From Euprymna scolopes (lineage: Eukaryota): DNA of 64,000 nt. A program made the position numbers and the translations under genes. This document shows positions 12,804 through 24,049 of the stretch, piece by piece; position 1 is the first letter of the stretch, and every line of letters begins with the position of its first letter. Under the pieces are notes generated by a model. That model was not told where the DNA came from. It did no database searches and saw nothing but the letters and a program-made list of their open reading frames with translations. Where the stretch lies: assembly GCA_053919585.1 (NCBI GenBank), contig CM132795.1. One strand, 5' to 3'.

Positions 12804-13718
12804 TTAAGACATGTATTTATGTGCTGTTACGTGTCTTCTTCGATCAACAATTTTTTCTGTGGTTTTCTTCTCTTAAATCTTTTCTGGCCATGTAGTTGTC
12901 TCACATTGGCGGGAGAGTGAGCACAGTGACTCACAAGTATAAAATGCAGAATGCTATAGAAACAAATGAAAACACAAACTTCCATAGATATTAATTGAGC
13001 TTTGAGTGCTTGTGCGAAACCATCGCGGAAAATAACCCTCTAGCCGATAATGTTTACATGTTAGTTTTCTGTTGAAGTCATGTCCGTCAGTAAATTGGCG
13101 AATTCATTTCCCCATATAATCTGAGCCACAACCTGCCTTTAACTATCTCAGACTGAATTCTGTCCTTAACTGTCGCAAATTGAAAACTGTCCGTACAGTC
13201 TTTAACTGTCGTAAACTGCCAAAAACTGACTGACATTAAAAAAACCGTTCGAAAACTAACTTTAAATATGTTGATCTCTGTGCTCGATCTTTTTTTTCAC
13301 TTATTGTCACACCTTGATCTACAATCCTATTTCAGCTGCGTTTGTGTGTCTTAGTGAACAAATTCCTCTCTATTGTCTTTTACTAACCTTACGTCCTATT
13401 AAATTTATGCCACTGATCAACTTATTTCATGTTTTTGTTAAAAGTTTTCAACTTTTATTATTTCCTAACATGTAGAGAGGGGACGACGATAGTATTCACA
13501 TGTATTCCATAAGATAACATATACTGGTTTTAGCTTGGAGAGAAGTCATAAATACATTATGTGTTTTAATGTTGCTAAAATCTATATATAAAATAAATAG
13601 AATTCATCTGTTGTTCTGTATGTATGTTGTCTAAATAACTAGAAGTAAAATATTTGAACTAATAAACATTGAAAATAAATACATTATTTTACAAGTTGCT
13701 TGGGATGTCGCATACTGC

Positions 13719-14746
13719 TGTTATTTTTGAAGTACCAAATATGAGAGTATATTTCGCTGTTCTTATTTAGATGACGACTTATATATGTGTGGTTGTTTAT
13801 GTTAGTAAGAGTCTTAGTGTGTTCATGTGTGTGATCATGTTGTGAAATGCTAGATATTATATATATTCATTGTGAGTGTTCAGGGTATATATAAAGAGGG
13901 ATACAGTTCTTATATATAACGAGACAGACAGGTTCATACTACTACAAGAGAGCCAAGCCTGTAATTCAATGAGAGGAGATTTATGAATATATTGATAGAT
14001 AGACTGAGAGTGCGTTTGACATTTACGCTTGCACTGTTGTACATTTTTATAAACATAAAGTACATATTAATACAATTTCACTTTACCTTTGTTTTTGGTA
14101 GATTGCACAACACAAGACGGCAGTTATAAAAACATATGATGATACGTTTATTTCTTCTTCGACCGGTCTGACATGATTTTATATTTCATGGATTCAAAGT
14201 TGTTACATGGTTATCTCTAAACCCTCTCGCTTCCAGAGGGAGCCTTGACTCTAACGGAGAATCGGTCTGACTGATCTGATTCCCTTCTCTCTTCTCTAAC
14301 TAACTTCGAACCCTCCTATATTGAGACATCATTTCTGCCCTCGTCACACGTATGTCTAGTCAACGTGACCATAACTCACGTGTTTCCAACATGCGCGATT
14401 TGCACGTTTTTGAAACCATTTCTGACGACCAGGAAATTTCCCATTCTCTTTGTTGTTTTACAAAGGAATTTAACCTACTTGTCTAATTCTGTAACCCATA
14501 TTTTTATTATGCATTCTTCCTAAGAATGTGAATAGTTTCCAGCCAAATTTGTATTTATTAAATATTTTAAAATAATCAACAATTTACTGGGCATTCCATT
14601 TATAATAACATTCTGCATTTATTTTAACTTATGAGTGGAATTCTCAATTCCAAGACTAGCTTCGTAAGTTCGAATCCTTGACTATCCTATTTCATATTTA
14701 CATTTAACTAATTCCCTATCTTTTTACTTACATGAAAAGGGGAGAC
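13719..14746. repeat. Diverged copy of the solo-LTR-like repeat at 34050-35146
   Basis: Shared blocks ACCAAATATGAGAGTAT..., CTTCCAGAGGG..CCTTGACTCTAACGGAGAATCGGTCTGA and AGTTCGAATCCTTGACTATCC...AAAAGGGGAGA. Confidence 0.8.
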
Positions 14747-15034
14747 CTAGATACGAATGGACTCTGTCATCCATCCTTTATAATATTGCTATCAACACGA
14801 AGCGAGAGAGTGTGCACACAGAGTGAGTGGCTGAGTGGGTCAAAGCGAATGTGAGAGAAAGTAAGCTCACCTACCCGGTTATCCATGTATTACGTTTTAC
14901 TCCGAGTGAGCTTACTTACTGGGAAACCGAGTCACAAAAGAAGCAAGCAGATTAAATTGAAAGAAAAAAAAGAAAGGGAAGAGTTTCATTGCGCTTTAAA
15001 CTGCAAGTCTTTATTCTTGTGACAAGGAAGGAAA

Positions 15035-15340
15035 ATGAACAATTCCAGGCTGGAAGCTATTGTGGAGTCTCCGGAAACGGCCCTCGCGTTCGGCCAAGAA
15101 AACCGGTTGCTGGCAACGGAGATAAAATGCACAAAATGCCATCGGAAATATATCCTAACACAACGGTATGTAACCGACGGTTTGGGCTGGAGGTGGAGTA
15201 ATGGCAAGTGTAGACACTGGACCTCCTTGCACTATGACCCTATCCCCGGCTCCGGGCACCAATTATTTTAAGATTCATATACGAACCGGCAACGTACAGC
15301 AACCTACGGCGAGAGTGCGGTATTTGATCGGATCATAAAA
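15035..15340 (+). pseudogene. Merlin/IS1595-like transposase N-terminal fragment
   Basis: LAFGQENRLLATEIKCTKC..ILTQ..DGLGWRWSNGKCRHWTSL matches the CxxC...DGxxWRC...C...S pattern of eukaryotic Merlin/ISXO2-like transposases. Confidence 0.5.
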
Positions 15341-16304
15341 GTTTTACGAAAAATATATACATCCCTCCAAAAAAATCGTTCTTTGTTCCTTTAAACACAA
15401 AAAATACTTTTTCATTAATTAAAGAAAAATAACAAAAGTTGACAATAAATAAAGAGTAACTAAAACAGTAAATTTTATGAATTTATAGCGGCATAATCCG
15501 ACGGAATTTCGTCATCCACCGTGCGTTGCCGCGAGACTCACGCAAAAACGAGAATTAACTGCAGAAGTACCAAAATATTCTATTCTGTTAACGGAACTTT
15601 GATAATTACACATTGATTTATAATTTAGTTATTTACTACTAATCGAATATTTATGGAAATCAAAAATGCAATGGAATAGAATACAAGGGTACTTTTTAAA
15701 AATAATTTGATTACGAAATTTAATCCATCGGATTTTCAGCTCCTTTATAAACAAATAATCAGTTTACGTATTTTTGATAAGCATAAAAATGAATAAACGA
15801 ATTACTCCGTGAACCTTCAGCATTTGAAAAAAAAGTTTAGAAGTCTTTTAACAGTCGAATTAAAAGTCATTTGCGACTTTAAAGTTTTTAGCAAATAATC
15901 ATGTATGAAAAGATTTAAGGTTCTCGAAAAATATTGACATTCAATAGTTTTTATAAATAAACATTAAAAGTTATTTAACACCAATTTGCTACAGTTTTAT
16001 AAAAATTATTTCAATTCATGGTTTAATTAACAAACGCTACCGTATAAATTAAATTTAAATCTCAAAATCTTAGTGAAACAAAAAACAGCATTCTTTACAC
16101 GAAGGAAAAAAATGAATGCAAAACGACTCTCAGCAACGCCAAGCAGGAAGAGTTAATGAATCTATGATAGGTTGATTAAAAAGTAATAGTTCAAAATTAA
16201 TACTTAAAAGTTAATAGTTCAATATGATTCGTTTAAAGTTAATAGGTTTAGATTAAAAGTTCATAGCTGAAACTTAATAGTTCATAGTTAAAGTTAAAAA
16301 TTAA

Positions 16305-16500
16305 TATGATGGTTGTATATTTTTGAGATGAATATTAGTAATCATTTTTTGTATTATTTGAATTGTTTGGACTATTGTTTTCATCTTGGTTGAATAGAAT
16401 TGAGTGCGAAAACAACCAAGATGAAAATAATATTCCAAACAACCCAAATAATACAAAATAATTACTAATCCTTATCCCAAAAATATACAGACGTCATATA
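16305..16500. repeat. Inverted repeat of Penelope-like terminal sequence
   Basis: ...GACTATTGTTTTCATCTTGGTTG / CAACCAAGATGAAAATAATATTCCAAAC...; same family as the sequence following the hammerhead-like motif at ~18125. Confidence 0.7.
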
Positions 16501-16917
16501 AAAAACACGGAATGGACCCGAATTTATTTTTTTTTTAAATATATATAGACTCAGCGCTATTTGAATTGTGAAAGCAAAAAGAAACAAATATTTTTCACCA
16601 TTCACCAATAACATTTAGTCTAGAGTTGTAAGCCATGTTTAATTTCAGAACAGTTTCCGATTAGTTAGTTGTTCTACACAAGTCCTGGAGGTGAGTGGTT
16701 CTCAGTAGACAGTTCTTGAGTTGGAAGCCACAAAGCAAAAGATTCTTCATTCCGTGTTGACACGAAGAAAACATATGCGAAGTTGCTAAAGAAAAGGTTT
16801 AATCTTTATGTAGCAATTCTGGTTTCTTATTGGTTGGTAGCAGAACATGAATTAATTTGATTCATCAGTTCCTAGCAGCATCATTTATGAATAGAATCTC
16901 CCGATTATGCGGGATCA

Positions 16918-18052
16918 TACCCCATTCTACTTCTTGTATGATGGGATGTGTCTCCTAGCGGCTTCGGCTGCATGGAGACAGGGTAGTACCAGTCAAGGAT
17001 TCGTCACTTGACACTCAGCCCAACAGGTGAGGGGCCGGGAACCGGCCCAGCACCTGTTGGACTGAGGTACACCGCCTGAGTAACACCTAGGAGGTCCACC
17101 CTCCCAGGCCATGCCACCGGGCTTTCCGGTGGGGCAAGTTTATTGCTTGCTGCCTGAGGCGCCCCGACCGGGGAATGCCGACGGGGTTACTCAGGCAATT
17201 TTTAAAATTGCAGGAGTGCCCCTTCTTTAGGGGAGCCTGCGGGTATCCCACTTTCCGGCCTTGTGCCACATTTTTCTGATGTGGGCAGCAAATAAATATC
17301 TACCCCATTATAGTTCCTTTATGATGGGATGTGTCTCCTAGCGGCCTCGGCTGCAGGGAGACAGGGTAGTACATGTCAAGGATTCGTCACTTGACACTCA
17401 GCCCAACAGGTGAGGGGCCGGGAACCGGCCAAGCACCTGTTGGACTGAGGTACACCGCCTGGGTAATACCTAGGAGATCCACCCTCCCAGGCCATGCCAC
17501 CGGGCTTTCCGGTGGGGCAAGTTTATTGCTTGCTGCCTGAGGCGCCCCGACCGGGGAATGCCGACGGGGTTACTCAGGCAATTTTTTAAATTGCAGGAGT
17601 GCCCCTCCTTTAGGGGAGCCTGCGGGTATCCCACTTTCCGGCCTTGTGCCAAATATTGCCGATGTGGGCGGCAATTAAATATATACCCCATTATAGTTCC
17701 TTACTCGTGATGGGGGATGATCTCCTAGCGGCTTCACCTGCAGGGAGAAAGGGTAGAGTACTCGTCAAGGATTCGTTCTTGACACTCAGCCCGACAGGTG
17801 AGGGGGCCGGGAACCGGCCCAGCACTCGTCGAACTGAGGTACAACGCTTGGGTATCACCTAGGAGGTCCACCCTCCCAGGCTATGCCACCCGGCTTTCGG
17901 GTGGAGCAAGTTTATTGCTTTCGCCTGAGGAATGCTGATGGGGTGACCAGGAAATTTTTGTTGCGGCAAGAGTGCCCCTCCTACTCTCCACCTTCCGGCC
18001 TTGTGCCACATTTTGCTGCGGTGGACAGCAAATATATACCCGGTTATAGTTC
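16918..18052 (+). repeat. Tandem array of a 383-bp highly structured GC-rich unit (starts 16918, 17301, 17684, plus ~16 bp of a 4th); candidate non-autonomous retroelement RNA
   Basis: 383-bp period for the first two units, ~353 bp for the third; about 10 hairpins per unit including UUCG loops; compensatory changes between copies. Confidence 0.85.
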
Positions 18053-18079
18053 AAAGATGTTGCAACATCCAGTGTGAAT

Positions 18080-18125
18080 GCACCTGAAGACGGTCGGAGG
18101 TTGCATCGGTCGAAACGTTATGTAA
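18080..18125 (+). ncRNA. Penelope-type minimal type I hammerhead ribozyme motif (partly degenerate)
   Basis: gcac CTGAAGA c ggtcgg..tcggtc GAAA CGTT: core boxes and palindromic minimal helix III (AACGTT); helix I has a mismatch. Confidence 0.55.
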
Positions 18126-19429
18126 AAAACAACCAGGATGAAAATAATAGTCCAAACAACTAAAATAATACCAAAAAATAAATTAATAATTCAAAAAATG
18201 TCATAAATTTCTTTCTTTGTAAAACTTGGATCCAGACAGACTATGAATGAGGGATAGAAAACAAATGAGGCAACACGTCTAAATAGGAACTATCGAGAAG
18301 ATTGAGGATTGGGACGAATAAGATGTTATTAATAACAGAAAAATATGTACATCTCTCAGTAATAAATATAGAGAGGTAGGAAAAATTGTGACTCGGTTGA
18401 ATAACTCACTGGAGTCGGCTATTATTGTTTAAATCAGGATAAAATGAGTTTGCAAAGCCAGTGCGATTAAAAAGCAAGAATAAATCACAAGTTATTATTT
18501 TTTGTTCGCTATATATATATGACTCTTCTCCCTCTGCCTCTCTATATATCCCTTCTTCTTCTTCTTCTTCTTCTTCTCCTCCTCCTCTTCTACTTCTCTC
18601 TCTCTCTCTATCTCTGTCTCTCTCTCGTGCTTTATCTTTTCCTCCGGTGAAACAGTATTAATATTTTTTATCATATTCTCTATTGTTTAAAATTTTTTAT
18701 TCCTACCTTTTTATGGAGAGTTTTATTACCTGTGTTTATTAATAAACAGAGAATGCCATAAGTGAGAGTGATCAGCAATGAAGAAGATAACGGTCAAACA
18801 ACATGAGAGACAGTGTGAGAAACTTGATGCGTAAATTGCAACTTACGCTTAATTAGGACAATTTAAATGGATTTATTTCAAACGTCAGACAATTTCAACT
18901 CCAATGAATATTTTCGCATGTATTTTTCTAATAAATATATAAAATAAAACTGCCCCATAGAAACAGCTTGAACAGCTTTAGTATAATAATATATAGATGT
19001 CACGAGAGGATAGGGGTTAAAATGGAATCAAATACATTTTGAAAATTAAAATAGAAATAGACGATACTTGATAGAAGGTTGTACTTTATAGCATGGAGTG
19101 CATAACTTGGACAATTTTATTGCTGGTGAAATAAAAACATATTGAAATAATATGAGGTTCATGATTGACAGGAGAACAACAGATCAAATCCAAATTAAAA
19201 GAATTTCATCAAACTGTAACTCTAACTCCAGTCACTCTAGTAATCAAGAGTAAAGTACTTACTCTGTGAGCATATTTGATATTATACACATCAATTTTGA
19301 CCAACATATTTAATCCCTTAACTGAAACTATCAAATAAAATGAAATCCAAAACAAAAAATATGACCAAACTAGACACATACTCAAACAAAACCAAGTCGC
19401 CTCCTCCTTTATAGCTAGCATTCCAAACT

Positions 19430-22400
19430 ATCCGTTGTGTAACAAATGTCGATAGCTCACTAGGGAACGCTGATTACCTTCTGATATTAGTACAGATTGC
19501 CCTAAATCGAGGAGCCTTTACTCAAAATGACAAGATATTTCGAGAAGGCTGGCTGGGAAGCCATTAGGGATCAAATCAGAGATCCCTCATGAAGTAGTAT
19601 TTTTCTCTACCTGTGGAACAGTGTGCAAATGAGGTTATTGAATGGTTCAAAGCAACAATTGAAGCACATGTTCCCAGAAGGAAGTTCTATAGCTAAGTCT
19701 ACTCTCCCCAATGGTCCACTTTTACCTGCGCAGCTGTCATTGCTCAAAGGCAGCATGCAATCCGCAGATTTAACTGCCATGAGTCAAGTTCAAAATGTAA
19801 TGGAGTTAAAAAGAGTTGTCATAGTGAAATTGCCGCAGTCAAGGGAAAGCATACCGAAGTCACCAGCATTGAATTACAGAAAAGCGAAACTCGCGATTTT
19901 TGGAACATTTACTACAACGTGGTAAATAATAAGCAATCAACAATTCCCCAGCCATCCAACAACGATAGCTCGATAGAGAGAGGCCACCTTCCTCGCAGCA
20001 GCTGCGGCAATGCCCTCTGTGAACGTTAAGCTGAGGAATTTTAACGAAGTACTTTCAGGTAATGTATCTTTAGCCATAGCTATTAATGGTTGAGAAGGTT
20101 TCTTGTAATTATTTAAGGAAACAAGCTTTGTCTTGGCAGTACTGAACGTTACCATCCATTTTTGTCGCCATTACACTACAGACTGGAGGCCTTTCTCTAG
20201 GGTTTCCGCTATTTCCTTATATATGTGTTCTTTCGTTTTCCCCTAGTGCCTGCTATAAGGCGTGGTGTCGTCAGCAAATATACCAATCTTAGAGACTAAG
20301 TTATCAAGGAGGTAATTTATGAAAATTGGGAATAATAAAAGCCAAAGCATCGACCCCTGAGGTGCATCCACATTTATATCATATTGTTTGGACTTCGAGG
20401 ACACCCTGGATTTAATTATGCTACGTATTTGTCCAGTAATATCATATAATCTGATTTTCCTTAGAAAACCCTCACGACATACTCTGTCAAAAGCCTTAGA
20501 TATACCTATGGCTACTGCACTATTTTCCCCTGCTTTATCCAGTGCATAGTAAATCCGTTCCGAGATCACAGTCAGGATATCTGCAGTAGACCGGGTTTGA
20601 AGTTTAGCAACTGTAAGGTGATTGACAAGAGCTCGATTACTTATGGGCAAATATTTTGGCGAAAAGAGGGAGGAAGCTAATGGGGTGATAATTTAATGGG
20701 TCAGTTCTTTCGCCAGAATTCTTGTAAACTGATACCACAGAAGCAGTTTCCCAGCAGTCAGGAAAGAAAGATTCGTTAAGGCATTTGTTGAAGAGTTTGG
20801 AAAGAGTTAGAGCAATCTCAGTGGAGCATTTTTTGTAATAGTATAGCCGGATACGAGCAGGTCCACATGCTTTTGAGGTGCTAAGTTTTTTTATGATATG
20901 CAATTGAGAAGGGCTGATTTTCAAATCATCTAATGTGGTTTCTGTCCGCAAAGGAAAATCAGGGAGGGGATGATTTGCTAGGTCCAATGTGGAGTTTGAG
21001 TCAAACCGACTGGCAAGCATGCTAGCCTTCTCGGTTGCTATGTAAGCAACCTCATGGTTGTTGGATGGGGTTGAGGGAATTGTTTATTGCCCTTTATTTA
21101 CTACACTGTTGTAAATTTTCCAGAAATCACGAGTTCCTAATTTCTGTGCTTCGATGCGTTTTCTGGTTGTTTCGGTGTATTCTCTCTTAGCTGTTGCTAT
21201 TTCTTTCTTGTAATTACTTCTAGATTCTATAAACTTTGTCTGTTTATACTGGACTTAGTCGGTAAAATCTGCGGTCTGCATGCTGCGTTTAATCAATGGT
21301 GGCTGCGCAGGTAGAAGTAAACCATTGGGGAGAGTAGGGCTTGATCTCATCCTTGCTATACTATTAAAAAATGCTCTGCTGGGGTTGCTCCAGTTATCCC
21401 CAAACTCTACAAGAAATGCCTTAGCGATTCTTGCTTTCCTGGTTGCTGGAAAATTTCTTCTGTGGTGACAGTATTGAAAAATTCTGGTGACAGAACTGGC
21501 CGACTCGGTTATCTTCACATTAGCCGCCTTCCTCTCCTCGCTAAGATGTTTAAGTCATTAATCCAGCAAGCACTAGTCTACCGCTACATAAATACTAAAC
21601 TTTTTTCCGACCGACAGTATGGAATTAGGCAATCACGTTCTACAGCAGCTATCCTAACTGTAATCTCTGAACGAATATATCACGCACTGGACAAGGTAGG
21701 GAACGTTAGGGCAGCAGCCTGTGATATATCTAAGGTATTTGACAGGGTTTGGCATAAAGGTCTTATCATTAAAATTAAATCATATTGAATTACTGGACAA
21801 ATACTTAATATAATCATATCCTTCTTAGAAAAGAGAAACAATCATGTCAAAATAACATGATATAAATGCCATATGCGTCGATGGACCTTTATTATTCCTG
21901 GAATTTATAAACTACCTCTCTGATATAATTATCTCCGATATGGGTATGGTTGCTGATGACACCACGCTCTATAACAGACATGAGGGGAAAACCGAATGAA
22001 CACATATCTAAGGCAATGGCTAAAACCCGAGAGGAATACCACTAATCTGTTATAAAATGGAGACGTAAATGGATATTAATATTCAATGCTGCCATTATTA
22101 AGTTTCTTCTATTGAATAATTACAAGAAATCTTCTCACCTACTGATTGCCATAACGAATAACGCGCTGCCTGAAAGCTCTTCGTTCAAAATCCTCGGCTT
22201 AACATTCAGAGGCAACATGAATTGGAACAAATACATTGAAGACATTGCCAAGGTGGCTGTAAAAAAGGTGGGCTCTCTCTACCGTGCTAGAAAATTACTC
22301 ACACCTGAGAGTGTCCTATATTTCTTCAAACTCACCATTCTCCTATGCATCGAGTATTGCACTGTCAACCCAACTTCATTTGCCTTAATGCTCCATTCCT

Positions 22401-22630
22401 GTGTTTATTTTACAAGTATGTGATCTGACGAACGCAGAGCACTTATACCTCCTCGACGTAAACATTCCTGACTAACATGGCAAGCAGCATAATCCCACCC
22501 CTACATAGTAGAAATTCCTAGATGCCGAAAAGCTTCTACTCTAGTAGTTTCTTCTCTTGAACTGCTAGACTTTGAGATTCCCTTCCGGTTCCCTGCTTCC
22601 TTGGCTGTAATGACGTGCAGAGTTCTGAGA
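19430..22630. mobile_element. Decayed CR1-group LINE with an inverted internal segment (+ 19430-19960, - 19960-21340, + 21340-22630)
   Basis: RT motifs on both strands: ISKAFDRV / PQGSML / IFADDTT (minus) and DISKVFDRVWHKGL / KKVGSLYRA (plus). Confidence 0.8.
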
Positions 22631-22729
22631 CAGTGACAAATGAATTCAGAGTTTTAGTGTAATACAAGATTCAAACAAAGACGCCCGGAAAGTTCTATAG
22701 AGTTTTAAAATTATTAAAATAGATTTCGT

Positions 22730-22990
22730 TTAATCTGTTACACTTAAGATTGAAACAACATTTTTGTCGGTCTGTTATACTTTAGTTTGAAAATGAATTT
22801 TCACTAGTCTGTTACGCTTAGTTTTAAATGAAATTTATGTTAATCATTTACGCTTAAGTTTAAAATAATATTTCGTTGGTCTGTTGCGCTTTAATTTTCA
22901 ATAGCATTTTTTCGTTCCGTTATATTTCAACCTGCAATAGCAATTTCGTCTGTTATGCTAAACTTTAAAATTGCATTGTTATCGTTAAAT
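22730..22990. repeat. Degenerate ~38-bp minisatellite
   Basis: Recurrent TTTCG..TCTGTTAC.CTTAAG/AGTTT units. Confidence 0.55.
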
Positions 22991-23561
22991 ACGCAAATTA
23001 AATTAGCACAACATTTTTAAATATCCGTTCGTATTTCTTCCCAGTTCAATTTCATGTCTGTTATTTATTGAAGTTCTTTAAACGAAGTACTTAAATATTT
23101 AATGGCTTTCTTTTTCTTGTTTCGACAATGGTTTCATATATCTTGTATCTTGTCGCCCATTTTCTTCCTTCATCTCATCTGCAAAAGAAAAATGTCCATA
23201 AAAAATAGTAGATTACACTTTTTGAGCAATAAAATATATCTAATGGCTATTCACATATATTGATTATCGCTAAATGTTGTTATATCTAACAACCTCGACA
23301 AATATTCTCTCGATGTAGACGGGTGCCAAAAGACCGTATCAATATTACTGATCGATTTTGTGAGGACAACCTTATAATCGATTTCGCAAAACAAACAAAA
23401 ACTTTTCGAAATTTTTTTTAATCATTCTATCTCAGTTATTGATGACATTAACATGAACTAATCTTTAATCAAAGTTCGAATTTCAAACACCCATCACTCA
23501 TCAGAACTTCCTTAATTGTTTTACTTAAAAAGCTTAGATTTCTATATAATATTGCTCTGTG

Positions 23562-23606
<45 letters not shown>

Positions 23607-23607
23607 C

Positions 23608-23920
23608 ATGATGATGATTGCAACGTCTTGTCAGACGAGTGCCACTCCCTCAGACATTTAAAATCCATGAGCCCAAATGCCTGAGGGAGTATCTATACAA
23701 ATATGATGTTACAGAGTCTTAGCTTTGTACGACAGCTAAGTCTCTCTCTCGGTTCAAAATGTTGAGATCCAGCAACAAGCAAGAGCAAGATAGCCAGCAA
23801 CAAATTAAACTGCAGACCAGCTTAATGCGGGTAATGGTCTTCCGCTTTATGGTTTTTTAAATCAGAGATTTGCTTCTCCTAGTTAGGTTGCCTTCACCAC
23901 GGCTTTAGGGAGCCCTCTCC
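23608..23920 (-). mobile_element. Non-autonomous RTE-derived (bipartite) SINE-like element, copy 1
   Basis: Minus strand carries GGCAACCTAACTAGGAGAAGCAAATCTCTGATTTAAAA (RTE 5'-UTR-type motif) and ends in an (ATC)n tail resembling the 3' end of the adjacent RTE; abuts (TA)n. Confidence 0.65.
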
Positions 23921-24049
23921 ACCCCAATACACATATACATACACACAAATATACATACATACATACATAGAGTTCAAGGATGGGTTTGGGTGTGTGTTAA
24001 AAGCAAACAAATACTTTAGCGTCATATATAGCTTCTCCCAATCATATCA

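Noticed and set aside
12467-12920. ORFs spanning the N gap
   Set aside because: Artefacts of undetermined sequence
13581-16156. Large Helitron enclosing the LTR copy and Merlin fragment
   Set aside because: The 5' TC start is plausible but the 3' end (GCAACGCCAAGC..TTAAT) lacks CTAG, so the two ends cannot be linked confidently
17200-17310. HDV-like, twister or hammerhead ribozyme inside the 383-bp unit
   Set aside because: I could not assemble P1/P3/L3 of an HDV fold, a twister core or CUGANGA+GAAA on either strand by eye
16918-18052. CRISPR array
   Set aside because: Eukaryotic context, long full-unit repeats, no unique spacers and no cas genes
17087-18077. Short ORFs within the tandem array
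   Set aside because: No motifs, frames not kept across all three units; substitutions track base-pairing rather than codons
23100-23190. Minus-strand terminal exon after TTTTCTTTTGCAG
   Set aside because: Good acceptor-like site, but no partner exons or recognisable protein to support it
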